Notes: generated from the sequence alone by a model not told the origin. A stretch of 64,000 nucleotides of DNA from Gammaproteobacteria bacterium (GCA_020851975.1 JADZBS010000030.1:2101-66100); one strand, 5' to 3'. Shown: positions 25,607 through 35,942, numbered from the stretch's first letter. Made by a program: numbers and translations.

Positions 25607-26035
25607 ATGCGCACGCGCCTGAAGCAACTGAATGGCTGGCACAAGTTCTGGCTGATGTTTGCGGGAGTTTTCCTCGCCTCGACGATCGCCGTCATCGTCG
25701 CCGCCTGGCCGAATGCCGACCCGGCGGTCGTGGCCGATGTGCGCTCAGCCGAATGCGGTGCCTGGCTGGCCTACGCCGAGGGGCAGTTCCCGGACATCAT
25801 TCCGCAGGCCTCGGCACCGTGCCGTGCACTGCGGCTGTTCGTGCTCGATTCGGGTGTCCAAGTGCGGTCCGAGGCTGATTACCGCAGCTACCTGACCCGC
25901 CAGGGCATTCTCACGACCCTGGAGTTCCTGGCCGTGTGGGCGGGTTTCATGGTGGCCGTGTACGCCGTTGGCTGGTCGACCAGCCGGATCACCGGCAAGT
26001 TCCTGGAGATGCGCTCGCGGCGCATCAACGGTTGA
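25607..26035 (+). CDS. Hypothetical membrane protein (142 aa; 2 TM helices flanking a roughly 90-aa loop with 2 Cys)
   Basis: ATG 25607 is preceded by AGGAG. Third positions are G/C-rich and there are hydrophobic helices at both ends. I recognise no family. Confidence 0.6.
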   Translation: MRTRLKQLNGWHKFWLMFAGVFLASTIAVIVAAWPNADPAVVADVRSAECGAWLAYAEGQFPDIIPQASAPCRALRLFVLDSGVQVRSEADYRSYLTRQGILTTLEFLAVWAGFMVAVYAVGWSTSRITGKFLEMRSRRING

Positions 26036-26096
26036 CGGTCGGCGGGCTTTCCGGGAGACGCGGCCGTGCCGGCGCCAGGCTGACCGCGAGGTCCAC

Positions 26097-26456
26097 ATGA
26101 TCTTCGCCATCATCATCGGTTTCTTCACGGGCGCCTTCATCGCCTACCACCTGTCGCGGCGTCTCGTCGCGAACCTGTCGCAGCGCATGGCCCGCGATGA
26201 CCACCAGCGCCGCTACATGCGCTCCGTCGCCGTCATCTTCGGAGCCGTCTCGCTGGCTCCCTCGATCTTCTTCACCGTGATGGCGGCCGCGGTGGTGAAC
26301 TCGGATCGTGCGGCGGCGACCTTCGAGCGGCTCGGACTCACCGGGGCCATCACGCCCGCGATGCTCTCCGTGGCGCTGATGGTCGTGATCACCATCATCG
26401 TGTCCGCCACGGCGGTGGCCGGCGCCCTGTTCGGATATCTCGCGGCACGCAAGTGA
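26097..26456 (+). CDS. Hypothetical small membrane protein (119 aa; about 3 TM helices)
   Basis: ATG 26097. The translation is MIFAIIIGFFTGAFIAY...VITIIVSATAVAGALFGYLAARK. I recognise no family. Confidence 0.55.
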   Translation: MIFAIIIGFFTGAFIAYHLSRRLVANLSQRMARDDHQRRYMRSVAVIFGAVSLAPSIFFTVMAAAVVNSDRAAATFERLGLTGAITPAMLSVALMVVITIIVSATAVAGALFGYLAARK

Positions 26457-26517
26457 CCGAGGTCGAGCGTGTGCGCTCCGCCGGCCTGTCGCCGCCATCG
26501 TCGGGCGGAGGGACCGC

Positions 26518-27603
26518 GTGACCGTCGCCGCGCTGGCAAGTCGCCTGGCGCTTCTCCTCGTCGCAGGCGTCGCGCTCGTCTCCGGCATGGCCATCGGCCT
26601 CGCGCGCCTCGGCGTGGACCTGCCGGCGGCAGCCTCCCATGCAGCCGACCATGGCGTCCTGATGATCGCCGCCTTCTTCGCCACGGTGATCGGCATCGAA
26701 CGCGCCGTCGCCCACGGCAGCGGCGGAGCGCTCCTCGCTCCGGCCGGCGCGGCCGCCGGTGGGCTGGCGCTGCTCTGGCGTCTGCCGGAGCCTGCTGCCC
26801 AGGGGCTGTTCGCTGTCGGTGCGGCGGTGTTCCTGGCGGTCAGTGTCATGATCCTGCGGCGCCACGTGGCGTTGCACTCGATGACGCTGGCGATCGCCGC
26901 CGGTGCGCTGCTGGCCGGCCACGGGGTCTGGCTGGCGGGTGGCAGCATCGACGCCGCGCTGCCGTGGTGGCTTGCTTTCCTGGTCCTGACCATCGCCGGT
27001 GAGCGGCTCGAACTCACCCGCGTACTGCCGCCGGCGCCAGGCGCCCGCGCCAGCTTTGGCGTGATTCTGGCCGCTCTCCTCGTCGCGGCGGCCGCCGCCA
27101 GCCTGCGGTATCCGGGTGGAGCGGCCGCGTTCGGCTGGGCACTGGCTGCCCTGGCGCTCTGGCTGCTGCGCTTCGATGTCGCCCGACGCACGGTGCGCCA
27201 GCAGGGCCTCACCCGTTACATCGCTACCTGCCTGCTCGTCGGGTATGGCTGGCTGGCGCTGGCTGGCGGGCTCGGCGCAGCCGGCGCCCTGGAGCCCGGC
27301 GCACCCCTGCGGGATACGGCGTTGCATGCCTTCACGCTCGGCTTCGTCGTATCGATGGTGTTCGGCCATGCGCCCGTCATCGTGCCGGCGCTCACCGGGG
27401 CACGCGTGGCGTACACGCCGCTCCTGTACCTGCCGCTGGCGGTGCTCCACGGCACCGTGGCGTGGCGGGCCGGGGGCAACCTGCTGGCGGATCCGGCCAT
27501 GATGCGCGCCGGCGCGGTCGGCAATGCCGTGGCCATCGCGCTCTTCGCCGTGACGATGGTGACGGCGCTGTGGCGTGGCCGTGCCAGCTCCATACGCGAC
27601 TGA
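26518..27603 (+). CDS. Hypothetical polytopic membrane protein (361 aa) with repeated I-x-x-E-R and His-containing TM motifs
   Basis: GTG 26518, about 10 predicted TM helices. Motifs DHGVLM..VIGIERAV, LTIAGERLELTR and HAFTLGFVVSMVFGHAP. The family is not recognised with certainty. Confidence 0.65.
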   Translation: MTVAALASRLALLLVAGVALVSGMAIGLARLGVDLPAAASHAADHGVLMIAAFFATVIGIERAVAHGSGGALLAPAGAAAGGLALLWRLPEPAAQGLFAVGAAVFLAVSVMILRRHVALHSMTLAIAAGALLAGHGVWLAGGSIDAALPWWLAFLVLTIAGERLELTRVLPPAPGARASFGVILAALLVAAAAASLRYPGGAAAFGWALAALALWLLRFDVARRTVRQQGLTRYIATCLLVGYGWLALAGGLGAAGALEPGAPLRDTALHAFTLGFVVSMVFGHAPVIVPALTGARVAYTPLLYLPLAVLHGTVAWRAGGNLLADPAMMRAGAVGNAVAIALFAVTMVTALWRGRASSIRD

Positions 27604-27655
27604 GCCGGCGTCGAGGGTGTCGAAGCCGCCGGCCGGGCTGCTAGGATGCGCGGCC

Positions 27656-30538
27656 ATGAGCCGCCCGCCGATCGACGTGCCGGAGCCGCTGCGGGCGGGA
27701 GCGGCCGCCGTGCTCGCGGTGCTGGATGGTACGCCCGCACTCGCACCCGAGCGCCGCGAGCAGTGGCTGCGCGTGGCCGCCTGCAGCGGCTATGCGGCCG
27801 GGACGCTGGTTCGCCATGCCGGGTTCTTCGCCGGCCTGCCCGCCGATGAGCCGTTCGTGCAGCCGGCCACCGATGGCGAGATCGCGCGTCGCGTGGCAGC
27901 CGCGGCACCGGCCGGCATCCCCGAGGCGGATTTCTGCCGGCAGTTGCGCCTCGTGCGCCATCGCGAGCTGTTGCGGATCCTGTGGCGCGAGGTCAATGGC
28001 GCCGCGACCGTTCCCGAGTCCCTGCGCGACCTGTCCGCTCTCGCCGACAGCGCCATCAACGCGGCCCTGGCATGGGCGAGGCAGTCGCTCGGCGAGCGTC
28101 ACGGCACGCCCCGGCTCGAGGACGGCACCGCCTGTGGTCTCGGCATCCTCGGCATGGGCAAGCTCGGCGGTCAGGAGCTGAATTTCTCCTCCGACGTCGA
28201 CCTGGTGTTCGTGTTCTCAGACACGGGCGTGACCAGCGGCCCCCGCGTGGTCAGCAACGAGGAATATTTCCGCGCCCTGGGGCAGAAGCTCGTCGCGCTG
28301 CTGGGCCAGCAGACGGCCGAAGGCTTCGTCTACCGCGTGGACGTGCGCCTGCGCCCCTTCGGCGCCAGCGGCCCGCTCGCGGTGAGCCTGCCGGGACTCG
28401 AGAACTACCTGATGCAGCACGGGCGCGACTGGGAACGCTACGCCTACGTCAAGGCCCGGGTCGTGAACGACTGGATCGATGCCGACTACTTCTACCGCGA
28501 CGTGGTGCGTCCGTTCGTGTACCGCCGCTATCTGGATTACGGCGTGTTCGCCTCGCTGCGCGACATGAAGGCCATGATCGAGGCCGAGGTGCAGCGGCGC
28601 GAGTATCAGGACAACGTGAAGCTCGGGCCTGGAGGGATTCGGGAAATCGAGTTCATCGTCCAGTCCTTCCAGCTCGTGCGGGGTGGCAGCATCGCCGACC
28701 TGCGCGGCCGCGAGATCCTGCGCGTGCTGCCGGCACTCGCCCGCCACGGTTGCCTGTCCACGCAGGCGGTGGCCGAGCTGACGCAGGCCTATCTGTTCCT
28801 GCGCCGGGTGGAGAATGCCATCCAGGCGCTGCAGGACCAGCAGACGCACATGATCCCGACCGATCCGCTCGACCGCGCGCGCGTGGCGCTGGCGCTCGGA
28901 TTTTCCTCCTGGGAGCCGGTCGAGGCCGAACTCGGGCGTCACCGCGAGACGGTGAGCCGGCACTTCCAGGATGTGGTCTTCCGGGGCGAGGCGCCATCCG
29001 GGAAGCCGGCCGTGAGTCGCCTGCGCGCCGTGTGGCAGGAGGAGACCACGCGCGAGGCCGCCGTGGAGCTCCTGCGCGAGGCCGGATTCGGCGACCCGCC
29101 AGCCGTGCTCGAACGGCTGCGGCAGCTGCGGGCGGCTGGCCCCCTGCAGCGGCTCGACGAGATCGGCCGCCAGCGGCTCGATGCCCTGGTTCCGGCGGTG
29201 CTGGAGATTGCCGCCGGTCAGCGCGACCCGCTGCTGGCGCTGCAGGGCGTGGCGCAGGTCATCGAGGCCATCGGCAGGCGGTCGGCCTATTTCGCGCTCC
29301 TCAACGAGAACCCGGCAGCGCGCGAGCGCCTGGTCGGGTTGTGCGCCACGAGCGACTTCCTGGCACGCCAGGTGGCCGCCCACCCGCTGCTCCTTGATGA
29401 GCTGCTCGACCAGCGCCTGTTCAGCGCGGCGCCGACCCGCGAGGAGCTGGCGGAGGAGCTCGAGCGGCGCATGTCGGGCGTGGATCGCGAGGACCAGGAG
29501 CGCTGGCTCGAGGCGCTGCGCAACTTCCAGCAGGCGGCCATGTTCCGTGTCGCCGTGGCCGACCTCTCCGGCGTCCTGCCATTGATGAAGGTCAGCGACC
29601 GGCTCACCGAGATCGCCGAAATGGTGCTCGATCGGGCAGCCGACCAGGCCTGGCACGAACTGGCCACCCGTCACGGGCAGCCCCGCTGCGTCGTCGAAGG
29701 TGTTGCTCGTCACGCGCGCTTCGGCATCGTCGCCTACGGCAAGCTCGGCGGTCTCGAGCTCGGCTACGGTTCCGACCTCGATCTCGTGTTCCTGCACGAC
29801 TCCACCGGCGAAGCGCAGCACACCGACGGCGAGCGGCCGCTCGAGAACGCGGTGTTCTTCGCCCGCCTGGCGCGGCGCATCATCACCATCGCCACCACGA
29901 TCACGCCGGCCGGACAACTCTACGAAGTCGATACGCGGCTGCAGCCCGAGGGCCGCAAGGGTCTGCTGGTCTCGAGCCTCGCGGCGTTCGAGGCCTATCA
30001 GCGCGACGGGGCGTGGACATGGGAGCACCAGGCCCTGCTGCGCAGCCGGGCGATCGCCGGCAGCCCGGCCGTGCGCGAAGCCTTCGAGGACGTGCGCCGG
30101 CGCATCCTCACCGGCCATGTCCGCAGGGACGCATTGCGCACCGACGTGCTGGCGATGCGCGAGCGCATGCTCGGCGAACTGGCGAAGGGCACGCCGCAGG
30201 CGTTCCACATCAAGCACGACCCGGGCGGCATCACCGACATCGAGTTCATCGTGCAGTACCTGGTGCTGCGCGAGGCGTACCGTCACCCGGAGCTGGTGCG
30301 CTGGTCGGACAACATCCGCCAGCTCGAGGCGCTCGCCGCCGCCGGGGTGATCACTGCGGCCACCGCGGCCATGCTGACCGACACCTATCGCGTCTGCCGC
30401 CAGCGCCTGCACCGCCTGGCGCTGGCCGGTCAGCCCGCCTTCATGCCGCGGGAGGAGGCGGCCGACTCGATCGCCGCCGTGCGGGCTACCTGGGACGAGG
30501 TCTTCGGCACCGCGCCAGCCGCCGGCGCGCCCGGCTGA
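27656..30538 (+). CDS. glnE: Bifunctional glutamine synthetase adenylyltransferase / adenylyl-removing enzyme
   Basis: Two nucleotidyltransferase modules (GMGKLGGQELNFSSDVDLVF and YGKLGGLELGYGSDLDLVFL) and a typical GlnE length. Confidence 0.9.
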   Translation: MSRPPIDVPEPLRAGAAAVLAVLDGTPALAPERREQWLRVAACSGYAAGTLVRHAGFFAGLPADEPFVQPATDGEIARRVAAAAPAGIPEADFCRQLRLVRHRELLRILWREVNGAATVPESLRDLSALADSAINAALAWARQSLGERHGTPRLEDGTACGLGILGMGKLGGQELNFSSDVDLVFVFSDTGVTSGPRVVSNEEYFRALGQKLVALLGQQTAEGFVYRVDVRLRPFGASGPLAVSLPGLENYLMQHGRDWERYAYVKARVVNDWIDADYFYRDVVRPFVYRRYLDYGVFASLRDMKAMIEAEVQRREYQDNVKLGPGGIREIEFIVQSFQLVRGGSIADLRGREILRVLPALARHGCLSTQAVAELTQAYLFLRRVENAIQALQDQQTHMIPTDPLDRARVALALGFSSWEPVEAELGRHRETVSRHFQDVVFRGEAPSGKPAVSRLRAVWQEETTREAAVELLREAGFGDPPAVLERLRQLRAAGPLQRLDEIGRQRLDALVPAVLEIAAGQRDPLLALQGVAQVIEAIGRRSAYFALLNENPAARERLVGLCATSDFLARQVAAHPLLLDELLDQRLFSAAPTREELAEELERRMSGVDREDQERWLEALRNFQQAAMFRVAVADLSGVLPLMKVSDRLTEIAEMVLDRAADQAWHELATRHGQPRCVVEGVARHARFGIVAYGKLGGLELGYGSDLDLVFLHDSTGEAQHTDGERPLENAVFFARLARRIITIATTITPAGQLYEVDTRLQPEGRKGLLVSSLAAFEAYQRDGAWTWEHQALLRSRAIAGSPAVREAFEDVRRRILTGHVRRDALRTDVLAMRERMLGELAKGTPQAFHIKHDPGGITDIEFIVQYLVLREAYRHPELVRWSDNIRQLEALAAAGVITAATAAMLTDTYRVCRQRLHRLALAGQPAFMPREEAADSIAAVRATWDEVFGTAPAAGAPG

Positions 30539-30595
30539 GAGCACCCGAGCATTCCTCCGTATAATCCACCGCCACCGTCACTACGGAGCCGTCTC

Positions 30596-30802
30596 GTGCC
30601 CAAGCAGGCCGCCAGCCAGGAACCGCTCATCCAGCCCAACGCCGAGAATCTCTACCACGTCACCCGTGCCGACCTGCCGCTGTCGTGTCCCATGCCCGGC
30701 ATGTACCTGTGGAACTCGCACCCGCGGGTCTACCTCCCGGTGGAAGCGACCGGCACGGCAAAGTGCCCCTACTGCGGTGCTACCTACAAGCTGATGCGTT
30801 GA
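30596..30802 (+). CDS. Small zinc-finger protein (zf-CHCC / NDUFS6-like)
   Basis: The translation ...LSCPMP....WNSHPRVYLPVE..G.AKCPYCGATYKL fits the zf-CHCC pattern. The start is GTG. Confidence 0.7.
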   Translation: MPKQAASQEPLIQPNAENLYHVTRADLPLSCPMPGMYLWNSHPRVYLPVEATGTAKCPYCGATYKLMR

Positions 30803-31860
30803 CGCTCGTCGCCCACATCAATCTGGCGCGTGGCTTCCGTGGCGGTGAGCGGCAGACGGAACTGCTCGTGCGTGGCCTGGCCGGAGCCGGGTGGCGCCAG
30901 CGGGCGGTGGTGCGCCAGGGCGAACCGCTCGCTGCGCGGCTCGCCGGGATTCCGGGCCTCGAGATTGCCGGCGTGGCGGGAGGCATCCTGCAGGCCGTGC
31001 GCGCGCTGCGCGGGGCCGATCTGGTGCACGTCCACGAGGCGCGGGCGCTGCAGGCTGCCTGGCTCAACGCCATCACCGGCGGTGCGCCCTACCTGGTCAC
31101 GCGCCGCGTGCAGCAGGGCCCGTCGCACCACTGGCTGAACCGGGTCATGTACCGGCGTGCCGCCCGCCTGGTCGTGCTGTCGCAGGCAATCGGCGCGGCG
31201 CTGCGTGCGCTCGATCCCGGCCTGTCATGGGTGGTCATACCGAGCGCGAGTGCCGGCCTGCCGGTCGATCGCGAGCGCTCAGCGGCCATCCGCGCGCGTT
31301 TCGGGGCCGGGTTCCTCGTCGGCCACATCGGCGCCCTGGTGGATGCCCACAAGGGCCAGCGGCAGATCATCGACGTCGCGCGCGACCTGCAACGCCGTGC
31401 TCCGGACGCGGGTTTCGTGCTGGTCGGCTCGGGCCGGGACGAAGCGGCGCTGCGCGAGGCTGCTGCGGGCCTCGGCAACCTGCACTTCGCCGGCGAGGTG
31501 AGCGACGTCGGCAGCTATCTGGCTGCCTTCGATGTCTTTCTCTATCCTTCCCGTCACGAGGGACTGGGATCGGTACTGCTCGATGCCATGGCCTGCGGCC
31601 TGCCGGTGGTCGCCACGGGAGTCGGCGGCATTCCGGAGATCGTGCCGGATGGTGAAGCCGGCTTCCTGTGCGAGCCCGGCGACATCGCGGCGCTGGCCGC
31701 GGCGATCCTCGCCCTGCACGGGGACCGGGATCTGTGCCGTCGCATCGGCGCCGCCAACCGCGAGCGGTCCCGGTCGTACACGCCGCAGGCCATGACGCAA
31801 CGGTATCTCGACATCTACCGGGAGCTGCTCCCGGCGGGCATCACGGTGGGCAACACATGA
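30799..31860 (+). CDS. Glycosyltransferase family 4 (LPS core-type)
   Basis: GT-B C-terminal motif [35 protein letters not shown] 30799 overlaps the upstream TGA; the start is uncertain. Confidence 0.75.
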   Translation: MTLVAHINLARGFRGGERQTELLVRGLAGAGWRQRAVVRQGEPLAARLAGIPGLEIAGVAGGILQAVRALRGADLVHVHEARALQAAWLNAITGGAPYLVTRRVQQGPSHHWLNRVMYRRAARLVVLSQAIGAALRALDPGLSWVVIPSASAGLPVDRERSAAIRARFGAGFLVGHIGALVDAHKGQRQIIDVARDLQRRAPDAGFVLVGSGRDEAALREAAAGLGNLHFAGEVSDVGSYLAAFDVFLYPSRHEGLGSVLLDAMACGLPVVATGVGGIPEIVPDGEAGFLCEPGDIAALAAAILALHGDRDLCRRIGAANRERSRSYTPQAMTQRYLDIYRELLPAGITVGNT

Positions 31861-32810
31861 TCATCGTCACCGGCGGCGCCGGGTTCATCGGCGCGAACAT
31901 CGTGCAGCGGCTGAACACCGCCGGCATCAGCGACATCCTCGTGGTCGACGATCTCGCCGACGGCCACAAGGCCATGAATCTGGCCGGCTGCCAGATCGCC
32001 GACTACATGGACCACGAGGATTTCCTGCGCCGCATCGTCGCGCGCAAGGACCTCGGCCCGAAGATCCTCGGTGTTCTGCACCAGGGCGCCTGCACCGTCA
32101 CCACCGAGTGGGACGGGCGGCTGATGATGCGGCTCAACTACGAGTTCTCGCGGCACCTGCTGCACTACTGCCTCGACCGGCGCATTCCGTTCATCTATGC
32201 GTCCTCGGCTTCGGTCTACGGCGCTGGTCGTGAATTCCGCGTCGCGCCGGAGTGCGAGCGGCCGATCAACGTCTATGCCTGGTCGAAGCTCGTCTTCGAT
32301 CAGCACGTGCGCCGCCTGATGGGCAGCGCAGGCTCGCAGGTGGTCGGGTTGCGGTACTTCAACGTCTACGGGCCGGGCGAGGCGCACAAGGGAGCCATGG
32401 CGAGCGTCGTCTGGCACTTCCACAATCAGCTGCGGCAGGGCGAGGAGGTGCGTCTCTTCGACGGCAGCGACGGGTATGGCCCCGGCGAGCAGCTGCGCGA
32501 TTTCGTGCACGTCGACGACGTGGCGAGCGTCAATCTCTGGTTCCTCGAACACGGTGGGCGGCGCGGCATCTTCAATCTCGGTACCGGCCAGGCGCGCAGC
32601 TTCAACGACGTGGCCCGTGCGGTGATCGGCTGGCACGGCCGCGGCCGCATCCGCTACGTGCCCTTCCCGACGACCCTGGCCGGCAGTTACCAGAGCTACA
32701 CGCAGGCGGATCTCGCCACCCTGCGCCTGGCCGGCTACCAGGACGGCTTCATCGACATCGAGGAAGGCGTACGCGCTTACCTCGACGTGCTGAAGACCCA
32801 GGGCCGCTGA
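31857..32810 (+). CDS. hldD: ADP-L-glycero-D-manno-heptose 6-epimerase
   Basis: [16 protein letters not shown]...YASSASVYG...YAWSK...[16 protein letters not shown] is colinear with E. coli HldD/RfaD. There is an ATGA overlap with the GT4 gene. Confidence 0.9.
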   Translation: MIIVTGGAGFIGANIVQRLNTAGISDILVVDDLADGHKAMNLAGCQIADYMDHEDFLRRIVARKDLGPKILGVLHQGACTVTTEWDGRLMMRLNYEFSRHLLHYCLDRRIPFIYASSASVYGAGREFRVAPECERPINVYAWSKLVFDQHVRRLMGSAGSQVVGLRYFNVYGPGEAHKGAMASVVWHFHNQLRQGEEVRLFDGSDGYGPGEQLRDFVHVDDVASVNLWFLEHGGRRGIFNLGTGQARSFNDVARAVIGWHGRGRIRYVPFPTTLAGSYQSYTQADLATLRLAGYQDGFIDIEEGVRAYLDVLKTQGR

Positions 32811-32836
32811 GTCAGCCCTGGGCGGCGCAAACAGCC

Positions 32837-33856
32837 ATGCCCGGGAAGCTGCTTGTCGTCGGCCCGGCCTGGGTGGGCGACATGGTGATGGCGCAGTCGC
32901 TGTTCCGGCTGCTGCGCGAGGGCGATCCCGGTCTCCTCATCGACGTCGTCGCCCCGCCCTGGTCGCTGCCGCTGGTGGCACGCATGCCCGAGGTGCGCCG
33001 TGGAATAGCGCTCGCCGCCGGCCACGGCGAGCTGGCGCTCGCCACGCGCTGGCGGCTCGGCCGCTCGCTGCGCGAGGAGCGCTACGACCGGGCCATCGTG
33101 CTGCCGCGCTCGTTCAAGTCGGCGCTGGTGCCGTTCGCCGCCCGCATTCCGGTCAGGACCGGCTTTCGCACCGAGATGCGCGCGCTGCTGCTCAACGATG
33201 CGCGGGAACTCGATCGTGCGCGGCTCGACCAGACGGTCAAGCGCCTGCTCGTGCTCGGACTGGGGCCCGGTGAACCGCTGCCGGAGCCGCCACCCCCCCG
33301 ACTCGTGGCCGACCCGGCCAATCGCGCGGCGCTGCTCGCGCGCCACGGGCTCGGGGCGGGACCGGTCGTGGCACTCCTGCCCGGCGCGGCCTATGGCCCG
33401 GCCAAGCAATGGCCTCCCGCGCATTTCGGCGAGCTCGCCCGTGCGCTCGTCGCGCGTGGCGTGGAGTGCTGGGTGATCGGTTCGGCCGGCGAACGCCCGC
33501 TCGGCGAGGAGATCGCGCGCTGCGCCGGGTCCGGGGTGCACAACCTCTGCGGGACGACGAGCCTCGCGGACACGGTCGACCTGCTGTCGGGGGTGCGCGC
33601 GGCAGTCACCAACGACTCCGGGCTGATGCATGTGGCCGCCGCCGCCGGCGCGCACGTGGTGGCAATCTACGGTTCGAGCTCACCCAGCTACACGCCGCCG
33701 CTCACGGCGCGGCGTACCGTGCATTACCTCGCGCTCGAGTGCAGCCCGTGCTTCGAGCGGCAGTGCCCGCTCGGCCACCTGCGCTGCCTGCGGGAGATCA
33801 CGCCGGACCAGGTGCTCGCCACGCTGCCGACGGAGACTGCTGCCGACAGCGCCTGA
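32837..33856 (+). CDS. waaF: ADP-heptose--LPS heptosyltransferase II
   Basis: LVVGPAWVGDMVMAQSL...RYDRAIVLPRSFKSALVPF...TNDSGLMHVAAA...YGSSSPSYTPP is colinear with WaaF. Confidence 0.85.
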   Translation: MPGKLLVVGPAWVGDMVMAQSLFRLLREGDPGLLIDVVAPPWSLPLVARMPEVRRGIALAAGHGELALATRWRLGRSLREERYDRAIVLPRSFKSALVPFAARIPVRTGFRTEMRALLLNDARELDRARLDQTVKRLLVLGLGPGEPLPEPPPPRLVADPANRAALLARHGLGAGPVVALLPGAAYGPAKQWPPAHFGELARALVARGVECWVIGSAGERPLGEEIARCAGSGVHNLCGTTSLADTVDLLSGVRAAVTNDSGLMHVAAAAGAHVVAIYGSSSPSYTPPLTARRTVHYLALECSPCFERQCPLGHLRCLREITPDQVLATLPTETAADSA

Positions 33857-33902
33857 ATCGCCGGCTGCGGCGACCCGGCTGGGACGCTGCTTCGGGCGGC
33901 GG

Positions 33903-34817
33903 CTAGTGCGTGCGCCGTTGCGGCATGACGGCCGCGGCGAGGAACAACGCCGCCAATGCGAGTAGCAGCGCGAGCATCGTGCCGGGGTAGTCCCACGGCC
34001 GCAGCCAGACTTCCTCGTACCAGCCGTACTTCGGGAAGACTTCGCCGAAGGGAATCCAGAGGATGGCCTTGGTCGGGATCGCATAGCGGATGCCGGCCAT
34101 CACGCGGGTGAACTTCAACAGCCGCCAGACGAGGTACAGGCCCCACGCCGCCAACCCGCCGGTCACGGCGTAGCCCGCCGGGCTGTGGTACCCGATGAAG
34201 CGCGGGTCGGCGAGGAACAGCGAGGCGCCATAGCAGAACCAGGTCACGTAGACGGTCTCTGCGAAGGTGATGCGGCAGAAGTTGCGTCCCTGGCCCGGCG
34301 CCTGGGCACCGAGCCCGAGCCGCAGTCGTCGCTGCAGCCACAGGAAGGCGTTGCAGCGCGTGTCGCGGTTCAGCGCGAAGAAGAGCAGCGTCACCAGGCA
34401 GATGCCGACGGAGCCCTGGATGAAGAGCAGGTTCGCCGGCCAGCGGGCCCCGGCGGTCAGGGCCTGCATGGGCAGGCCGAGCGACCACTCGTTGAACCGG
34501 AAGGCATAAGCGGCCCAGCCGGTCCACAGCAGCAGCCCGCTCGCGAAGCCGATCAGCGTGCCGGCGACTTCCGTGTTGCGCCGGATGCCATGGACGAGCA
34601 GCCCCAGCGCGACGATCCCGATCGGCAGGTAGACCAGTGCCGGCGCCGTGGTGCGTGCCGTCTCGCGGGCCACCATGGACAGCGCATGGGTCAGGGGCAG
34701 CGCGAGGAATACCGCGAACAGCGCCGCCAGCCCGACCAGCGGCGGCCGGTGCAGACGTGTCGCGAACCAGCCGCCTGCCTGGGGCGGCTCGTGCCCTGGT
34801 CGGGGCGGATCGTTCAT
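33903..34817 (-). CDS. Hypothetical polytopic membrane protein (304 aa) inside the LPS core cluster
   Basis: ATG 34817, about 8 TM helices, G/C-rich third positions. I recognise no family. Confidence 0.6.
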   Translation of the reverse strand: MNDPPRPGHEPPQAGGWFATRLHRPPLVGLAALFAVFLALPLTHALSMVARETARTTAPALVYLPIGIVALGLLVHGIRRNTEVAGTLIGFASGLLLWTGWAAYAFRFNEWSLGLPMQALTAGARWPANLLFIQGSVGICLVTLLFFALNRDTRCNAFLWLQRRLRLGLGAQAPGQGRNFCRITFAETVYVTWFCYGASLFLADPRFIGYHSPAGYAVTGGLAAWGLYLVWRLLKFTRVMAGIRYAIPTKAILWIPFGEVFPKYGWYEEVWLRPWDYPGTMLALLLALAALFLAAAVMPQRRTH

Positions 34818-34871
34818 GCGCGCATCGCCTCGCCGTCGTGGCCTGTGCCGATCATAGGCCAGCGTACCGGT

Positions 34872-35942
34872 TCAGCGACAGGCGCCTGCGCGAAGCGCCT
34901 GCTCCACCTTCTCGATTACCGCCTGGGGCTGGATCAGGTCCATCGCGGCTGGATCGCGGACGCGCTGGCCCCAGCGCAGCTCGCCGACCGGCACGCCGAA
35001 CTCGCGCTGCACCGCCTCGGGATACCGGTCGACGACGAGATCCTGGCTGAGGTAGGGGCCGGTGCGCCGGCGGTTGGACGTTGCGTACAGGCCCACCACC
35101 GGCGTGCCGACCGCGGTCGCCATGTGCACGGGACCCGAGTCCGGCGCGACCAGCACGTCGGCGCGCTCGAGCAGAGCGAGCAACTGCTTGAGCGTGGTGC
35201 GGCCAATGAGGTTCGCAACCGGGCGGCGCACGGCCGCGGAGATCTCCACGCCGTAGCGCTGCTCGAGCGGCGTCGGTCCGCCGGTGAGCAGCACGCGGGC
35301 GCCACGGCATTCCTGCAGGTGGTCGATCACCGTGGCGTAGTGGCCCGGGCTCCAGTTGCGGAAGTTGCGCCAGCGCTGGCTGCTGCACGGGCTGACGACG
35401 ACCACCGGTCCGTCGCCGTCGCCGTGTTCCGCGGCGAAGGCACGGTCGGCATCGGCGAGCGGGATGTCCCAGCGCAGGACACGTTCGCCGATGCCGAGGT
35501 GCTCGAGAAAGCCGAACAGCCCGTCCATGACATGGCAGTCGGGACGTGGGGTGATCTGCTCGTTGGTGAACAGCCACTGGTAATCCCGCGCACGATCGCG
35601 ATCGAAGCCGATGCGTCGCGCGGCATCGATCGTGCGGCTGGCGAGGTTGGCGCGCATCGAGGCATGCATGTGGAGCAACAGCGGGAAGCGACGACCGCGC
35701 AACTGCCGGTGCAGTGCGCGCAGCCCGCCCCACGGCCCGGCCTTGTCGAAGGTGATACACTCGATGCCGTCCACGCCCTGCATCAGGCCATGCTCGGTGC
35801 GGCCGATGATCCAGGTGATCCGCGTGGCGGGCCAGGCATGCTGGAGCGTGCGCAGAACGGGCAACGTGTGGCAGCAGTCGCCGATGGCCGAGAGCCGAAT
35901 GACGCAGACCGATTCCGGCGCCTGCCCGGATGAGAATGCCAT
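34872..35942 (-). CDS. Glycosyltransferase family 9 (heptosyltransferase, WaaC-like)
   Basis: IRLSAIGDCCHTLPVLRTL... and DSGPVHMATAVGTPVVGLY motifs. The start is ATG 35942 (alternative 35984). Confidence 0.8.
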   Translation of the reverse strand: MAFSSGQAPESVCVIRLSAIGDCCHTLPVLRTLQHAWPATRITWIIGRTEHGLMQGVDGIECITFDKAGPWGGLRALHRQLRGRRFPLLLHMHASMRANLASRTIDAARRIGFDRDRARDYQWLFTNEQITPRPDCHVMDGLFGFLEHLGIGERVLRWDIPLADADRAFAAEHGDGDGPVVVVSPCSSQRWRNFRNWSPGHYATVIDHLQECRGARVLLTGGPTPLEQRYGVEISAAVRRPVANLIGRTTLKQLLALLERADVLVAPDSGPVHMATAVGTPVVGLYATSNRRRTGPYLSQDLVVDRYPEAVQREFGVPVGELRWGQRVRDPAAMDLIQPQAVIEKVEQALRAGACR

